Made by a program: the position numbers and the translations under genes. The notes under the pieces were generated by a model that saw only the letters and a list, made by a program, of their open reading frames with translations, was not told the DNA's origin and searched no databases. From IMG/VR virus record IMGVR_UViG_3300005613_000094, positions 1 through 50,189 of that record: a stretch of 50,189 bases of DNA, one strand, 5' to 3'. The stretch comes from a virus (lineage: Duplodnaviria; Caudoviricetes). Shown here piece by piece: positions 33,369-42,842 of this stretch (within the stretch, counting starts at the first letter, position 1; each line of letters opens with the position of its first letter).

Positions 33369-34469
33369 ATGCGTACCTTTATCACTACGGCATTAGCCGC
33401 GTTTATATCCACCCTGTTACTGTTAGCAGGCACCGCAACCGCGACGCCCGTCAAGGGCGACGTTAAGTGGGCGCCCGGCCACTACTACGCGCTCCAAGCA
33501 TCGACAAAAGACGACGCCTCGTACTTAACCGGTGTATACGCGGAGATGGCGACTACACCAGCACTGCGTGGTGTACTTATCCGGTATCGGTGGCCTGAGA
33601 TTGAGACTGCGAAGAACACCTACGACTACACCTCGCTGGACGCCAGGGTCGCGGACATGGCGGCCAATGGCACCAAGTTCATACTTCTGCTCCAACACAA
33701 GACGTTCAAGGACACGTACCCGGCAGCTCCCGCCTACTTAGACGACACGGAATACGAGGGTGGCAGCTACCCGTACCACAGCTTCGGAGACGCGCCCTCT
33801 GTCGTTAAGGGGCACAACATAAAACTCTGGAACAGTAACGTTAAGTACCGGCTCAACAAGCTGATCACTGAGTTGGGCGCGCGGTACGATAGCAACCCGG
33901 CTTTTGTGGGTATCGGACTGGAAGAGACTGCGTTGGGCACCCCCGCAAACGGCCTGCCCGACTTGACCCAAACGCAGGTTGACGGCTACTTCTCAAACCT
34001 ATCGCTGGTACATGGCAAGATTATGTCTGAGTTCCCCAACACTATGGCGTTTCAACTGGCTAATTTTCCCAAGGACCAATTGTCTGACTTGGCTACTCGC
34101 TTGGAGAACCGTGGCGCAGGGTGGGGAGGACCAGACGTAAGGATAAACGACCCGAAGCTGGTACCACCAGACGGCGCGTATACCTACTACCCGTTACTGT
34201 CAGGCATCGTGCCCTTGACCCCGTCTATCATGCCTAACAACCACAACTATATTCCTCCAGGGGAGACTACCGCGAGTACACCCCAAGAACTCTTGGACTA
34301 CGCCCGCGACACCCTGAAGGCTAATTTTGTCTTTTGGACACGGACATGGGCGCTACACGATGACATACTGAGCCTCCTCCAAGATGCGCCACAGACGAGC
34401 GACCCAGCGGGGGGACTAGATACGACGTGCCCCTCGACATACACCTCGTGCGTAGCACCAACCCCATAG
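33369..34469 (+). CDS. Secreted glycoside hydrolase-like protein (TIM barrel, GH-A clan-like)
   Basis: Sec signal peptide (MRT + hydrophobic core + ATA); Y.W.EIE.....YDY..LD, LG.RYD.NP...G...EE and GGPD motifs reminiscent of GH42/GH35-like N-terminal barrels. Confidence 0.6.
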   Translation: MRTFITTALAAFISTLLLLAGTATATPVKGDVKWAPGHYYALQASTKDDASYLTGVYAEMATTPALRGVLIRYRWPEIETAKNTYDYTSLDARVADMAANGTKFILLLQHKTFKDTYPAAPAYLDDTEYEGGSYPYHSFGDAPSVVKGHNIKLWNSNVKYRLNKLITELGARYDSNPAFVGIGLEETALGTPANGLPDLTQTQVDGYFSNLSLVHGKIMSEFPNTMAFQLANFPKDQLSDLATRLENRGAGWGGPDVRINDPKLVPPDGAYTYYPLLSGIVPLTPSIMPNNHNYIPPGETTASTPQELLDYARDTLKANFVFWTRTWALHDDILSLLQDAPQTSDPAGGLDTTCPSTYTSCVAPTP

Positions 34470-34491
34470 TAAATAACCCGAAGGAGGGCGC

Positions 34492-35202
34492 ATGACCTTA
34501 GAAGAACTAATGTTACGCGGGGTAGGCTCCCCTTCGGGGGCCTTCACCCCAACATCACTAGCCGGTATTGAAGTCTGGTTAGACGCCACCGACGCGTCTA
34601 CAATAACGGACGCAGGAGCGGGGGCGGTGTCCCAATGGGATGACAAATCGGGTCAAGACAACCATGCGTACCAGAGCAACGCGACGGCCAGGCCGACAAC
34701 CGGCACCCACACGATAAATTCACTGAACGCTTTAGACTTCACCCAGGTCACTACACAGTTCCTACATCTAACCAACGACATCATAAGCACCGGTTATACG
34801 GTCTTCGTAGTCGTAGCGGTGGATGTAGACGTGGCAGTTGACGGCGTTCTCGGCGGTTCGACAGCGGGAGCGTTCAGCATACGGACAAACACTACGAACA
34901 CCGTCCGCGTGTTCAAGCAAGGTGACAGTACCTTAGTCACCTCATCCACCGGCTTGACGACAGCGGGCGATGTAATAAGCGTGACCAGCGACCCTGCGGG
35001 CAGTGAGATCTGGTTCAACGGCGTCTCGGAAGACACAGACGTGACTGACCCCGGATACACTGAAGCGCTAAACCGGATTGGTAAGAGCGGAGGCCCCTCG
35101 TTAGAAGGCCGGATCGGTGAGGTGTTAGTGTACAACAGGGCATTATCCTCCGGGGAGCGGGCACTCGTAGACGACTACCTGGTGGACAAATGGGTGCCTT
35201 AA
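34492..35202 (+). CDS. LamG/ConA-like domain virion protein
   Basis: WLDA.D.STIT....VSQW.DKSG..NHA; G.IGEV.VYNRALS..ER..V..YL..KW. Confidence 0.75.
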   Translation: MTLEELMLRGVGSPSGAFTPTSLAGIEVWLDATDASTITDAGAGAVSQWDDKSGQDNHAYQSNATARPTTGTHTINSLNALDFTQVTTQFLHLTNDIISTGYTVFVVVAVDVDVAVDGVLGGSTAGAFSIRTNTTNTVRVFKQGDSTLVTSSTGLTTAGDVISVTSDPAGSEIWFNGVSEDTDVTDPGYTEALNRIGKSGGPSLEGRIGEVLVYNRALSSGERALVDDYLVDKWVP

Positions 35203-35240
35203 AGGACGCGTTAACGGGTAGAAAAATAACAGGAGCCACT

Positions 35241-35717
35241 ATGGACGTAACAGGACTAACTAGGATAAAGAGGCTGACGCCTCACTTTACGTTGAATGAG
35301 TTTACGGAATCACGAACAGCCGAAGAGCATTTGATTGACAACACGGTACCCCCGCAGTACTTGCCCAATGTCAGGCGCGTGGCCGTTTGGCTTGAAGCGG
35401 TTCGTGACGGCGCGCTGGACGGGCGACCGGTTACCATCACCAGTGGCTACCGCAGCATTGAACTAAACCTGACAGTTGGAGGCTCAAGGACCAGCGCACA
35501 CTTGAAAGGTCTAGCAGCGGATATCGTGTGCCCTGGATTCGGCACACCGCTTGAGGTGGCCCGAGCACTATCAGTGGCACCAGGCCTGAAGTACGACCAA
35601 CTGATCTACGAGGGTGACTGGGTGCACATCGGTTTGAATGAACCTGGCAAGGAACCACGCCAGGAAGTATTGACCAAGCTATCAAACGGGTATAAAAGAG
35701 GGCTGTATATCATATGA
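35241..35717 (+). CDS. Endolysin, peptidase M15A family
   Basis: HFTL.EF; ITSGYRS..LN..VGG...SAH..G.AAD; WVHI; AGGAG RBS before ATG 35241. Confidence 0.9.
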   Translation: MDVTGLTRIKRLTPHFTLNEFTESRTAEEHLIDNTVPPQYLPNVRRVAVWLEAVRDGALDGRPVTITSGYRSIELNLTVGGSRTSAHLKGLAADIVCPGFGTPLEVARALSVAPGLKYDQLIYEGDWVHIGLNEPGKEPRQEVLTKLSNGYKRGLYII

Positions 35718-35739
35718 GCGCGAATGACGGCTGGGAAGG

Positions 35740-37326
35740 TTGAGTCTTAATCTAGAAGACATCGTATCCGCTCTGGCTGCAGCACCACAGAGTGTATTGG
35801 ATGACCTTGAGGGGTTAGCCTTACCTGCGCTCGCTGGCAGGGCCTGGGTGCCCAATCCAGGTCCTCAGACAGAGGCCTACTACAGTGAGGCGGATGAACT
35901 GTTCTACGGCGGGCAGGCGGGTGGCGGTAAAACCGATTTAGAACTCGGCCTGGCACTCACAGAACACGAACACTCGTTGATACTACGGAGAACCAACACC
36001 GAGGTCAATGGGCTCATAGAACGCCTGGAAGGCATTGTAGGCAACCGTGACGGTTTGAATGGCAGTAACGGTGTATGGCGCAGGCCTGAAGGTAAGGTCA
36101 TCACGCTTGGCGGGTGTCAGTTAGAAGAAGATAAGCAGAAGCGAAAGGGTAACCCGAATGATTTGATATGCTTCGATGAGGTGTCGGATTTTTCCGAGAC
36201 ACAATACACCTTCATCATCGGTTGGAATCGCTCAGCCACACCTGGACAGCGATGCCGTGTGGTAGCTGCGGGCAACCCACCAACACGCCCGGAAGGGCTG
36301 TGGGTGATGCGCCGTTGGGCAGCCTGGTTAGATCCTACTCATAAGAACCCGGCGAAACCTGGTGAATTAAGATGGTACACTACGCTCGACGACCAAGAAA
36401 TCGAGGTCGACGGAGCAGGCCCGCATAACTTGGGAGGCCGAGTTGTCTACGCAAGATCCCGGACGTTTATCCCAGCTACGTTGGACGATAACCCGGATCT
36501 CGTGGGCACCGGCTACCAAGCAAGCCTCGACTCACTACCTGCAGAATTACGCGCCGCTTACCGTGATGGCGACTTCGGCACAGGACTGAAAGACAACCCG
36601 TACCAATGCATACCAACCGATTGGGTGTCCGCAGCACAGCGACGCTGGACTAGCACACCCCCACCCGGGGTTCCGATGTGTTCAATGGGCGTCGACGTAG
36701 CCATATCCAAGGACAAGTTTGTTATCGCACCACGACATGATGGTTGGTACGCCAAGCTGATCAGCGTTCCTGGCGGGGAAGTGGGCGACAACCCGAAGAA
36801 AGCAGCGGGTGTGGTGATCGCTGAGAGGTACGACGAAGCCAAGGTGGTTGTTGATGTGGGCGGTGGCTGGGGCGCAGATTGCCTGGCCCAGCTCGCTACC
36901 AATGGCATTGACGCTGTCGGGTACATGGGTGTCAAGGCATCCAGGCGCAAATCCGCAAATGGGCGCTTCACATTCAGCAACGTGAGAACTGAGGCGCTGT
37001 GGCGTTTCCGTGAAGCATTAGATCCATCGCAGCCAGGTGGTTCAAGCATTATGCTACCGCCAGGGCCTACCATCAAAGCTGATCTGTGTGCACCTTCGTA
37101 CAAGGTTAAGGGTCACCAGAAAGGGCAGACGTTGATAGCCGAAAGCAAGGAAGAAGTCTGTAAAAGGCTTGGGCGCTCGACAGATGAGGGAGATGCCGTT
37201 ATAATGTCTTGGTACGATGGAGTTAAACAACATAATTTAGAAGGCGGTTGGCAAGGCGGGCGCAACAAAAACCCGGTAGTCAACGCAGGCAGAAGTGTAA
37301 ATCGCGCAGCACAACGTAGGAGGTAA
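35740..37326 (+). CDS. terL: Terminase large subunit
   Basis: PNPGPQ; YGGQAGGGKT Walker A; ICFDE Walker B; GVDVA and D..DA RNase H-like nuclease motifs. Confidence 0.93.
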   Translation: MSLNLEDIVSALAAAPQSVLDDLEGLALPALAGRAWVPNPGPQTEAYYSEADELFYGGQAGGGKTDLELGLALTEHEHSLILRRTNTEVNGLIERLEGIVGNRDGLNGSNGVWRRPEGKVITLGGCQLEEDKQKRKGNPNDLICFDEVSDFSETQYTFIIGWNRSATPGQRCRVVAAGNPPTRPEGLWVMRRWAAWLDPTHKNPAKPGELRWYTTLDDQEIEVDGAGPHNLGGRVVYARSRTFIPATLDDNPDLVGTGYQASLDSLPAELRAAYRDGDFGTGLKDNPYQCIPTDWVSAAQRRWTSTPPPGVPMCSMGVDVAISKDKFVIAPRHDGWYAKLISVPGGEVGDNPKKAAGVVIAERYDEAKVVVDVGGGWGADCLAQLATNGIDAVGYMGVKASRRKSANGRFTFSNVRTEALWRFREALDPSQPGGSSIMLPPGPTIKADLCAPSYKVKGHQKGQTLIAESKEEVCKRLGRSTDEGDAVIMSWYDGVKQHNLEGGWQGGRNKNPVVNAGRSVNRAAQRRR

Positions 37327-37327
37327 T

Positions 37328-37495
37328 ATGGGTTCACTGTTCAGTAAACCAAAAGTCCCACCACCACCCCCGGTCATCCCCCAGGGAGACCCGTCAAAGA
37401 CGGAAGCATCAAGAAGACGTAGTTTAGCAGCTCAACGCGCACGCGGAGGTAGGCAGTCAACATTGCTCTCCGGCGGCGGCACACTAGGAGGTTAA
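37328..37495 (+). CDS. Small Pro/Arg-rich protein typically found before the portal in podoviruses (55 aa)
   Basis: MGSLFSKPKVPPPPP...GRQSTLLS...TLGG; GGAGG RBS. Confidence 0.75.
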   Translation: MGSLFSKPKVPPPPPVIPQGDPSKTEASRRRSLAAQRARGGRQSTLLSGGGTLGG

Positions 37496-37498
37496 GGC

Positions 37499-37660
37499 AT
37501 GGGTGGCATGGTTAAAACATTAGGTAAAGTAGCAGGTGCCCCACTAGGCGCTATCCCCGTAGTCGGTAAGAAGTTGAAGAAAGCTTCTAACAAGATACAC
37601 GGCATCAAGAAGAAGGGACCTCCAACAGTCCTGAGTGACAACCGATTCACACAACTGTAG
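37499..37660 (+). CDS. Small basic protein (53 aa)
   Basis: MGGMVKTLGKVAG...; GGAGG RBS. Confidence 0.55.
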   Translation: MGGMVKTLGKVAGAPLGAIPVVGKKLKKASNKIHGIKKKGPPTVLSDNRFTQL

Positions 37661-37679
37661 CAGTAACCGAGGAACCAGT

Positions 37680-39326
37680 ATGTCCGTCGAATTTGTACTA
37701 GCACAAGGAAGCAAACTCTTCGAAGAGCGCTTCAACCTGCTGACTCTGTGGCAAGAAATAGCGGAGAACTTCTACCCTGAGCGGGCAGACTTTACTGTCA
37801 ACCGGGCTTTAGGCAGTGAGATGGCTGAGGGGCTGGCGTCTGGTTCTCCAATCTTAGTCCGCAGGGAGTTGGGTAACGCGATAGGTGGGATGCTCCGCCC
37901 GACCAACAAGGTGTGGGCACGCGCACGTGTGGACAACTGGGACGAGGTAACAACGGAGGCCAAGGCTTGGCTTGAACGAGCAGAGGAACGTCAACGTAAG
38001 GCCATGTATCACAGACAAACCGGTTTCGCAAGAGCAGTCAAGGAAGCCGATCACGACTTTGCAACGTTTGGGCAAGCAGTCATCCAGGCGACCTACAACC
38101 GCACCTTCACAGGCTTACTGTACCGATGTCATCACCTCCGTGATTGTGCTTGGACAGAAGGCACTGACGGGCTAGTCGATGTCGTCTACCGTAAGTGGAA
38201 GACGACCGCGATAGAGTTGGCGAGGATGTTTCCTAAGACCCTACACCGGGAGATACAAGACAAGGTAGCGAAGTCCCCATACGAACCTGTAGAGGTGTGG
38301 CATTGCGTACTCCCCAGGGACATTTTTGAATCCGACGGCAAGAGCAAGCACAAAACAAAATATGTAAGCATATACCTAGACGTGGCGAACAAGCACATGA
38401 TGGAAGAGGTCGGACTCAACCGACAACAGTACATCATCCCGAGGTGGCAAACTGTATCGGGAAGCCAGTACGCCTATTCACCAGCGGTAGTCGTTGGGCT
38501 ACCCGACGCGAGGACGCTTCAGGAAATGACCCTTACTTTGCTGGACGCCGGGCAGAAAGCAGTGACGCCCCCTATGTTAGGGGTACAAGGCGCACTACGC
38601 TCGGATGTCAATGTAATGGCCGGAGGCTTAACCTGGGTTGATAGGGAGTATGACGAACGACTGGGCGAAGTACTACGCCCATTGACTATCGATAAGAGCG
38701 GTATCCCCTTAGGGTTAGATATGGCTCAGGCTGTCGAAGCCAAACTCACCGAGGCGTTCTACCTAAACACGATAGGGCTACCCCCAACAGGAGGCCCAGA
38801 CATGACCGCCTTTGAGGTGGGGCAGCGCGTACAAGAATACATCCGCAGAGCGTTACCTCTGTTTGAGCCGATGGAAAGTGAGTACAATGGCCCGCTGACC
38901 GAAGAGACATTTGAATTGTTAATGGGCGCCGGGGTCTTTGGCCCTGTGTTTGGTATGCCCAAAGAGCTACAAGGACGGGAGGTTAAGTTCCAGTTTGAGT
39001 CACCGTTACACGATGCCCTCGAAAATGTCAAGACCCAGCGATACCTAGAAGCTACGTCGCTGTTGGCGAACGCCGCAGCAGCAGACCCAGCAGTCGCACA
39101 CATTATTGATGTTAAGAAAGCCACACGGGAAGCGCTGCTGGCATCTGGAACCCCGGCAGATTGGCTGCGCTCCGAGCAGGAAGTTAACGACGCAGCCGCT
39201 GCCGAGGCAGAAGCAGCCCAGATACAACAACAACTCGCGCAGATGCAACAAGGCGCGGACATCGCCGCAACTATCGGCGCGACACAAGCACCGGCAGGCA
39301 CCGGAGGGACGGGAGTACCTAACTAA
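37680..39326 (+). CDS. Portal (head-tail connector) protein
   Basis: WQEIAE.F.P; DFATFG; PRW....S.Y..SP; PP; MTA.EV..R..E; F.F.SPL; position after TerL. Confidence 0.92.
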   Translation: MSVEFVLAQGSKLFEERFNLLTLWQEIAENFYPERADFTVNRALGSEMAEGLASGSPILVRRELGNAIGGMLRPTNKVWARARVDNWDEVTTEAKAWLERAEERQRKAMYHRQTGFARAVKEADHDFATFGQAVIQATYNRTFTGLLYRCHHLRDCAWTEGTDGLVDVVYRKWKTTAIELARMFPKTLHREIQDKVAKSPYEPVEVWHCVLPRDIFESDGKSKHKTKYVSIYLDVANKHMMEEVGLNRQQYIIPRWQTVSGSQYAYSPAVVVGLPDARTLQEMTLTLLDAGQKAVTPPMLGVQGALRSDVNVMAGGLTWVDREYDERLGEVLRPLTIDKSGIPLGLDMAQAVEAKLTEAFYLNTIGLPPTGGPDMTAFEVGQRVQEYIRRALPLFEPMESEYNGPLTEETFELLMGAGVFGPVFGMPKELQGREVKFQFESPLHDALENVKTQRYLEATSLLANAAAADPAVAHIIDVKKATREALLASGTPADWLRSEQEVNDAAAAEAEAAQIQQQLAQMQQGADIAATIGATQAPAGTGGTGVPN

Positions 39327-39604
39327 TGACAAAGACAACAGTTCCACCAGCTTATCTCCCCGCGACTTGGGAACTCTCTGACGTGGTAGCAGTCCAAGCA
39401 CTCGCCGCAGGCACAGCAAGCGCGGACCAACAAGTCCGTGCGTTGAACTGGGTAGTCTACCGAGCGTGCGCAACCGACGAAGTAGAGTATCGCCCAGACG
39501 AACGAGAACATGTGTTGGCAAGCGGGCGGCGATTCGTCGGGTTACAGATCCGCAAACTCATGGCCATCAACATCGGCGCGATAAATAAAAGGAGCGAGAA
39601 TTGA
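39326..39604 (+). CDS. Bbp19-like protein
   Basis: Y.P..R...A.GRR.VG.QI; directly after the portal. Confidence 0.7.
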   Translation: MTKTTVPPAYLPATWELSDVVAVQALAAGTASADQQVRALNWVVYRACATDEVEYRPDEREHVLASGRRFVGLQIRKLMAINIGAINKRSEN

Positions 39605-39858
39605 AGGTAGAATTGGTAGCACAAACCGCGTACGAAGCATACCGTGTCCTTGCAAGGGCACGCGGTAGTTTAGGCCTATTGCCCTGGAAAGACGAAACAT
39701 CCTCGGACAAAGAAGCTTTCATGACGGCTGTACGGGATTACGTAGTGGAGGGTGAGCGTAAACCGGAAGCTTTAGCTAAACCCGCCGTGTATATGCGTGT
39801 TGAGGAAATAAACACTTTCAAGGCGATAGTACATGCCTTGACCATGAAGCAGTACTAA
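39601..39858 (+). CDS. Hypothetical protein
   Basis: TTG start with AAGGAG RBS. Confidence 0.55.
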   Translation: MKVELVAQTAYEAYRVLARARGSLGLLPWKDETSSDKEAFMTAVRDYVVEGERKPEALAKPAVYMRVEEINTFKAIVHALTMKQY

Positions 39859-39878
39859 CCAAAGAAGGAGCCAGTAGT

Positions 39879-40898
39879 ATGCCACCAGAAGATAATTCAG
39901 ACCCAGGAACACTTTTAGACGCCGCCGTTTCAGGCAATCTTGAACCAACCGCAGGGGACCCAAATGCGCCAGCCGCACCAGCACCAGCACCAGCTCAGCC
40001 GACGGAAAATGCAGCACCAACAGCGGACCCAAACGGCGCTCCAACGCCAACAAACCAAGGAGACCCCGCCGCTCCCACCGCAACCCCAACCCCGGACGAT
40101 TGGGCAACAATCCGTGCTCGTGTCGCAGGCGAAGACGATAAGGTACTCGCACGGCTATCCCGCTACGGCACACTAGACGACTACATCAAGGCTGGCCTTG
40201 AAGCCCAGAACAAACTCGGGGAGCGCGTACCTAACAAAGCACCTGGCCCTGACGCAACTGATGTAGAGAAGGCAGCCTACCGTGAGGCGAACGGCATACC
40301 AGCCACCCCGACGGACTACGAGATCGACCTCCCTGGTGACCTGGTACTCGGTGAGCAAGACCAACCGGTAGCTGATAGGTTCCTGGAGATAGCCCACAAA
40401 CACAACATCCCAACAGCCGCAGCGAACGACATAATCGCTGGGCAGTTGGCTATGCAAGACGAGATGATACAGGCGCAGGAGGAAGCCGACAACACCCAAC
40501 GGGACGCAACACAGGCGCTCTTGACATCTCCAGACATGTGGGGTAGTGAGACGGCAGCCAACCTCAACATGATCAACACATTGTTGGGCAATTCACCCCC
40601 AGGCACCAAGGAACAGATCATGGGTGCTCGACTGGCCGACGGTAGCCTGCTTGGTAACAATGAAGGGGCGCTCCGCTGGTTAAACGCGGTGGCCCGTGAA
40701 GTGAACCCCACGGCGACAATCGTACCGTCAGGCGGTCGTTCGATGCTCGTGAGCGCCAAGGAAGAGATGGCTGGGCTTGAGAAGATGATGGGCGACCGGT
40801 CAGCCAAGTCAGAATATTGGCACGGCCCAACCGCAGCGGCTAAGCAAGCTCGCTACCTAGAACTCGTAGACTACGTGGCTAAAACATCGCCTAAGTAG
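39879..40898 (+). CDS. Capsid scaffolding protein
   Basis: Pro/Ala-rich N-terminus, G.P..P.DY, WG motif, C-terminal YW; precedes the capsid gene. Confidence 0.75.
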   Translation: MPPEDNSDPGTLLDAAVSGNLEPTAGDPNAPAAPAPAPAQPTENAAPTADPNGAPTPTNQGDPAAPTATPTPDDWATIRARVAGEDDKVLARLSRYGTLDDYIKAGLEAQNKLGERVPNKAPGPDATDVEKAAYREANGIPATPTDYEIDLPGDLVLGEQDQPVADRFLEIAHKHNIPTAAANDIIAGQLAMQDEMIQAQEEADNTQRDATQALLTSPDMWGSETAANLNMINTLLGNSPPGTKEQIMGARLADGSLLGNNEGALRWLNAVAREVNPTATIVPSGGRSMLVSAKEEMAGLEKMMGDRSAKSEYWHGPTAAAKQARYLELVDYVAKTSPK

Positions 40899-40940
40899 AC
40901 TAGTATGGACTGGTAGTATGGGTTAAGGCACAAAGGACGC

Positions 40941-40969
40941 TTGACAGGCGTCCTTTGTGCGTGTATGCT
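40941..40969 (+). promoter_or_regulatory. Sigma70-like promoter upstream of the major capsid gene
   Basis: TTGACA, 17-nt spacer, TATGCT; the -35 lies in the loop of a 13-bp perfect inverted repeat. Confidence 0.7.
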
Positions 40970-41108
40970 GCGGTCTACATAGAAGTGAAAGGCACTTGCA
41001 GTGCTCCCGCCGCCCCTGAAGCTAGGACATCCGGTAGGCCCACCGATAGTTACCCCTCGATACTTTAGATAAGTAGTTTTATTTAATTTAATTATAGGAG
41101 TGGCTATC

Positions 41109-41939
41109 ATGGCTGAATCCGCGTTTCAAGTACAATACCGCCAAGAATTTATTCAAGGCTTTGAACAGACCCAATCTCTTGCCCGCAACACCGTAACTAC
41201 TGAATCTGTTGTCAAGGGCAATCAGGCTACCTTCTTGGTTGCCGACTCCGGTGACGCCGAAGCGGTTACCCGTGGGCTTAACGGTTTAATCCCTGGCCGT
41301 GCTGATAACTTGACCCAGAACACAGCGACTCTTGTTGAGTGGCATGATAAACCTATCAAGACCGGATTCAACATTTTCGCGTCTCAAGGTGATCAGCGCC
41401 GCATCATGCAAGAAACCTGTATGGCTGTTATCAACCGCAAGATTGACCAAGACATCATCGTTGAGCTCAACACCGCTACACAAGATACCGGTGCCGCGCA
41501 GCAAGCTAATCTAGACCTGGTTATGTACGGACGTACTATCCTAGGCAACAACGCTGTGCCGCTCGACGGCAACGTCAGCGCGCTGATTACCCCAGCGTTT
41601 GAAGCTTACTTGATGCAGGTTAAAGAGTTCGCCAGCGCCGACTACGTCAGCAACACACCATTCAGCTCACAGTTGACTATGTTCCGCTGGGCCAACGTAA
41701 ACTTCATAGTCCACCCTAACTTGCCAGGTGCAGGTACAAATGCAGAAAAATGTTTCTTGTACCACAAGTCCGCTATCGGTCACGCGATTGATAAAGGAAA
41801 TATCGGCAGCAAGGTCGGCTACAACGAAGAAGACGACTATAGTTGGGCGTTATGTAGCGTGTTCATGGGGCCGCAAATCCTCCAGAACTCAGGCATCGTT
41901 GTACTAAACCACGACGGCTCTGGTTACGCAGCTCAGTAA
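41109..41939 (+). CDS. Major capsid protein
   Basis: F..QY..EF...FEQ..S..R.TV; A.NR..D..I; F.YHK.A.G; position after the scaffold. Confidence 0.9.
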   Translation: MAESAFQVQYRQEFIQGFEQTQSLARNTVTTESVVKGNQATFLVADSGDAEAVTRGLNGLIPGRADNLTQNTATLVEWHDKPIKTGFNIFASQGDQRRIMQETCMAVINRKIDQDIIVELNTATQDTGAAQQANLDLVMYGRTILGNNAVPLDGNVSALITPAFEAYLMQVKEFASADYVSNTPFSSQLTMFRWANVNFIVHPNLPGAGTNAEKCFLYHKSAIGHAIDKGNIGSKVGYNEEDDYSWALCSVFMGPQILQNSGIVVLNHDGSGYAAQ

Positions 41940-41999
41940 TCAACGGATTAGGTGCCCTTAACCGGGCACCCCACTAACCCTCTAGAAAGGAGTACGACC

Positions 42000-42296
42000 A
42001 TGGCATACGCCACAACTGATCAACTTATTTGCCTAACCCCAGCGTCTCTCGCGGTAGGCCCACGACTTTGGTATCACAGTTCTGCTGACGCACTAGCTGC
42101 TGTAAATACCTCTGGCTTTATTACCGACGGTGGTTCCAAAGGCTTGAAGGTAGGCGACTACGTCTTGCATAAGGACAGCACATCCGCCAACACCCATACT
42201 TCGCTGCATGAAGTGTTGAGTGTCAGCGCCACCGCACCAGGCGCAGTCGACCTGAGTGATGGTACACAAGTGTGTGACGGCACCGACACTGACTAA
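42000..42296 (+). CDS. Putative capsid decoration/cement protein
   Basis: 98 aa, directly after the capsid gene; strong AAGGAG RBS; followed by a terminator. Confidence 0.6.
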   Translation: MAYATTDQLICLTPASLAVGPRLWYHSSADALAAVNTSGFITDGGSKGLKVGDYVLHKDSTSANTHTSLHEVLSVSATAPGAVDLSDGTQVCDGTDTD

Positions 42297-42303
42297 AAAC
42301 TGG

Positions 42304-42332
42304 TTGATAAATAACCAGTAAAGTGTTATCTT
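42304..42332 (+). promoter_or_regulatory. Sigma70-like promoter overlapping a terminator
   Basis: TTGATA, 17-nt spacer with extended TG, TATCTT. Confidence 0.5.
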
Positions 42333-42366
42333 GCGGGTTAGAGGTGCAAACTTCTAACCCGTTTTT
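42333..42366 (+). terminator. Rho-independent terminator after the capsid genes
   Basis: CGGGTTAGAGGT-GCAA-ACTTCTAACCCG followed by TTTTT. Confidence 0.85.
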
Positions 42367-42392
42367 AAACCGAAATGCAGGAGCTGGTAATT

Positions 42393-42830
42393 ATGCAGAA
42401 AAACATTGTTCAACTAAAACTAGCGGACTATGTCCGTAACTTATTCAATTTGATTGTCCCCGTAGGTACAACCCGCAAGGACGTTCTCAACCCACGTTTC
42501 TGGGAGCATGTAGCCAAAAAATTGGCGATCAATGACCGCATTGAGATCATGCCGCAGGACTCTTCCTATTTTATGGAGGTGATCGTCACCAACGTAGACA
42601 GGCAGCGAGTGGCTGTGGCCGAGCTGCGGTATCTGGATCTCGACGACGTGGAGACTCCTAACAACGCGCCAGACGCCAACGAAGACAGCATGTACGAGTA
42701 CAAGTACCGTGGCCCTAACTTAAAGCACTGCATCATGCATAAGATTGATGGCAGCGCCTTGAAAGAAGGTTGCACCAGCAAGGCTGACGCGATTGAGTGG
42801 TTGAATAAGTACGAACTAGCCCAACGATAA
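42393..42830 (+). CDS. Hypothetical protein of the structural module
   Basis: AGGAG RBS; lies between the decoration and adaptor genes. Confidence 0.7.
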   Translation: MQKNIVQLKLADYVRNLFNLIVPVGTTRKDVLNPRFWEHVAKKLAINDRIEIMPQDSSYFMEVIVTNVDRQRVAVAELRYLDLDDVETPNNAPDANEDSMYEYKYRGPNLKHCIMHKIDGSALKEGCTSKADAIEWLNKYELAQR

Positions 42831-42842
42831 AAGGTTTAAACT

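Noticed and set aside
41937-42000. Stop-codon readthrough fusing the capsid to the in-frame downstream gene (hairpin GGTGCCC/GGGCACC at 41951-41970)
   Set aside because: Two stops intervene (TAA 41937, TAG 41949) and the downstream gene has its own strong RBS.
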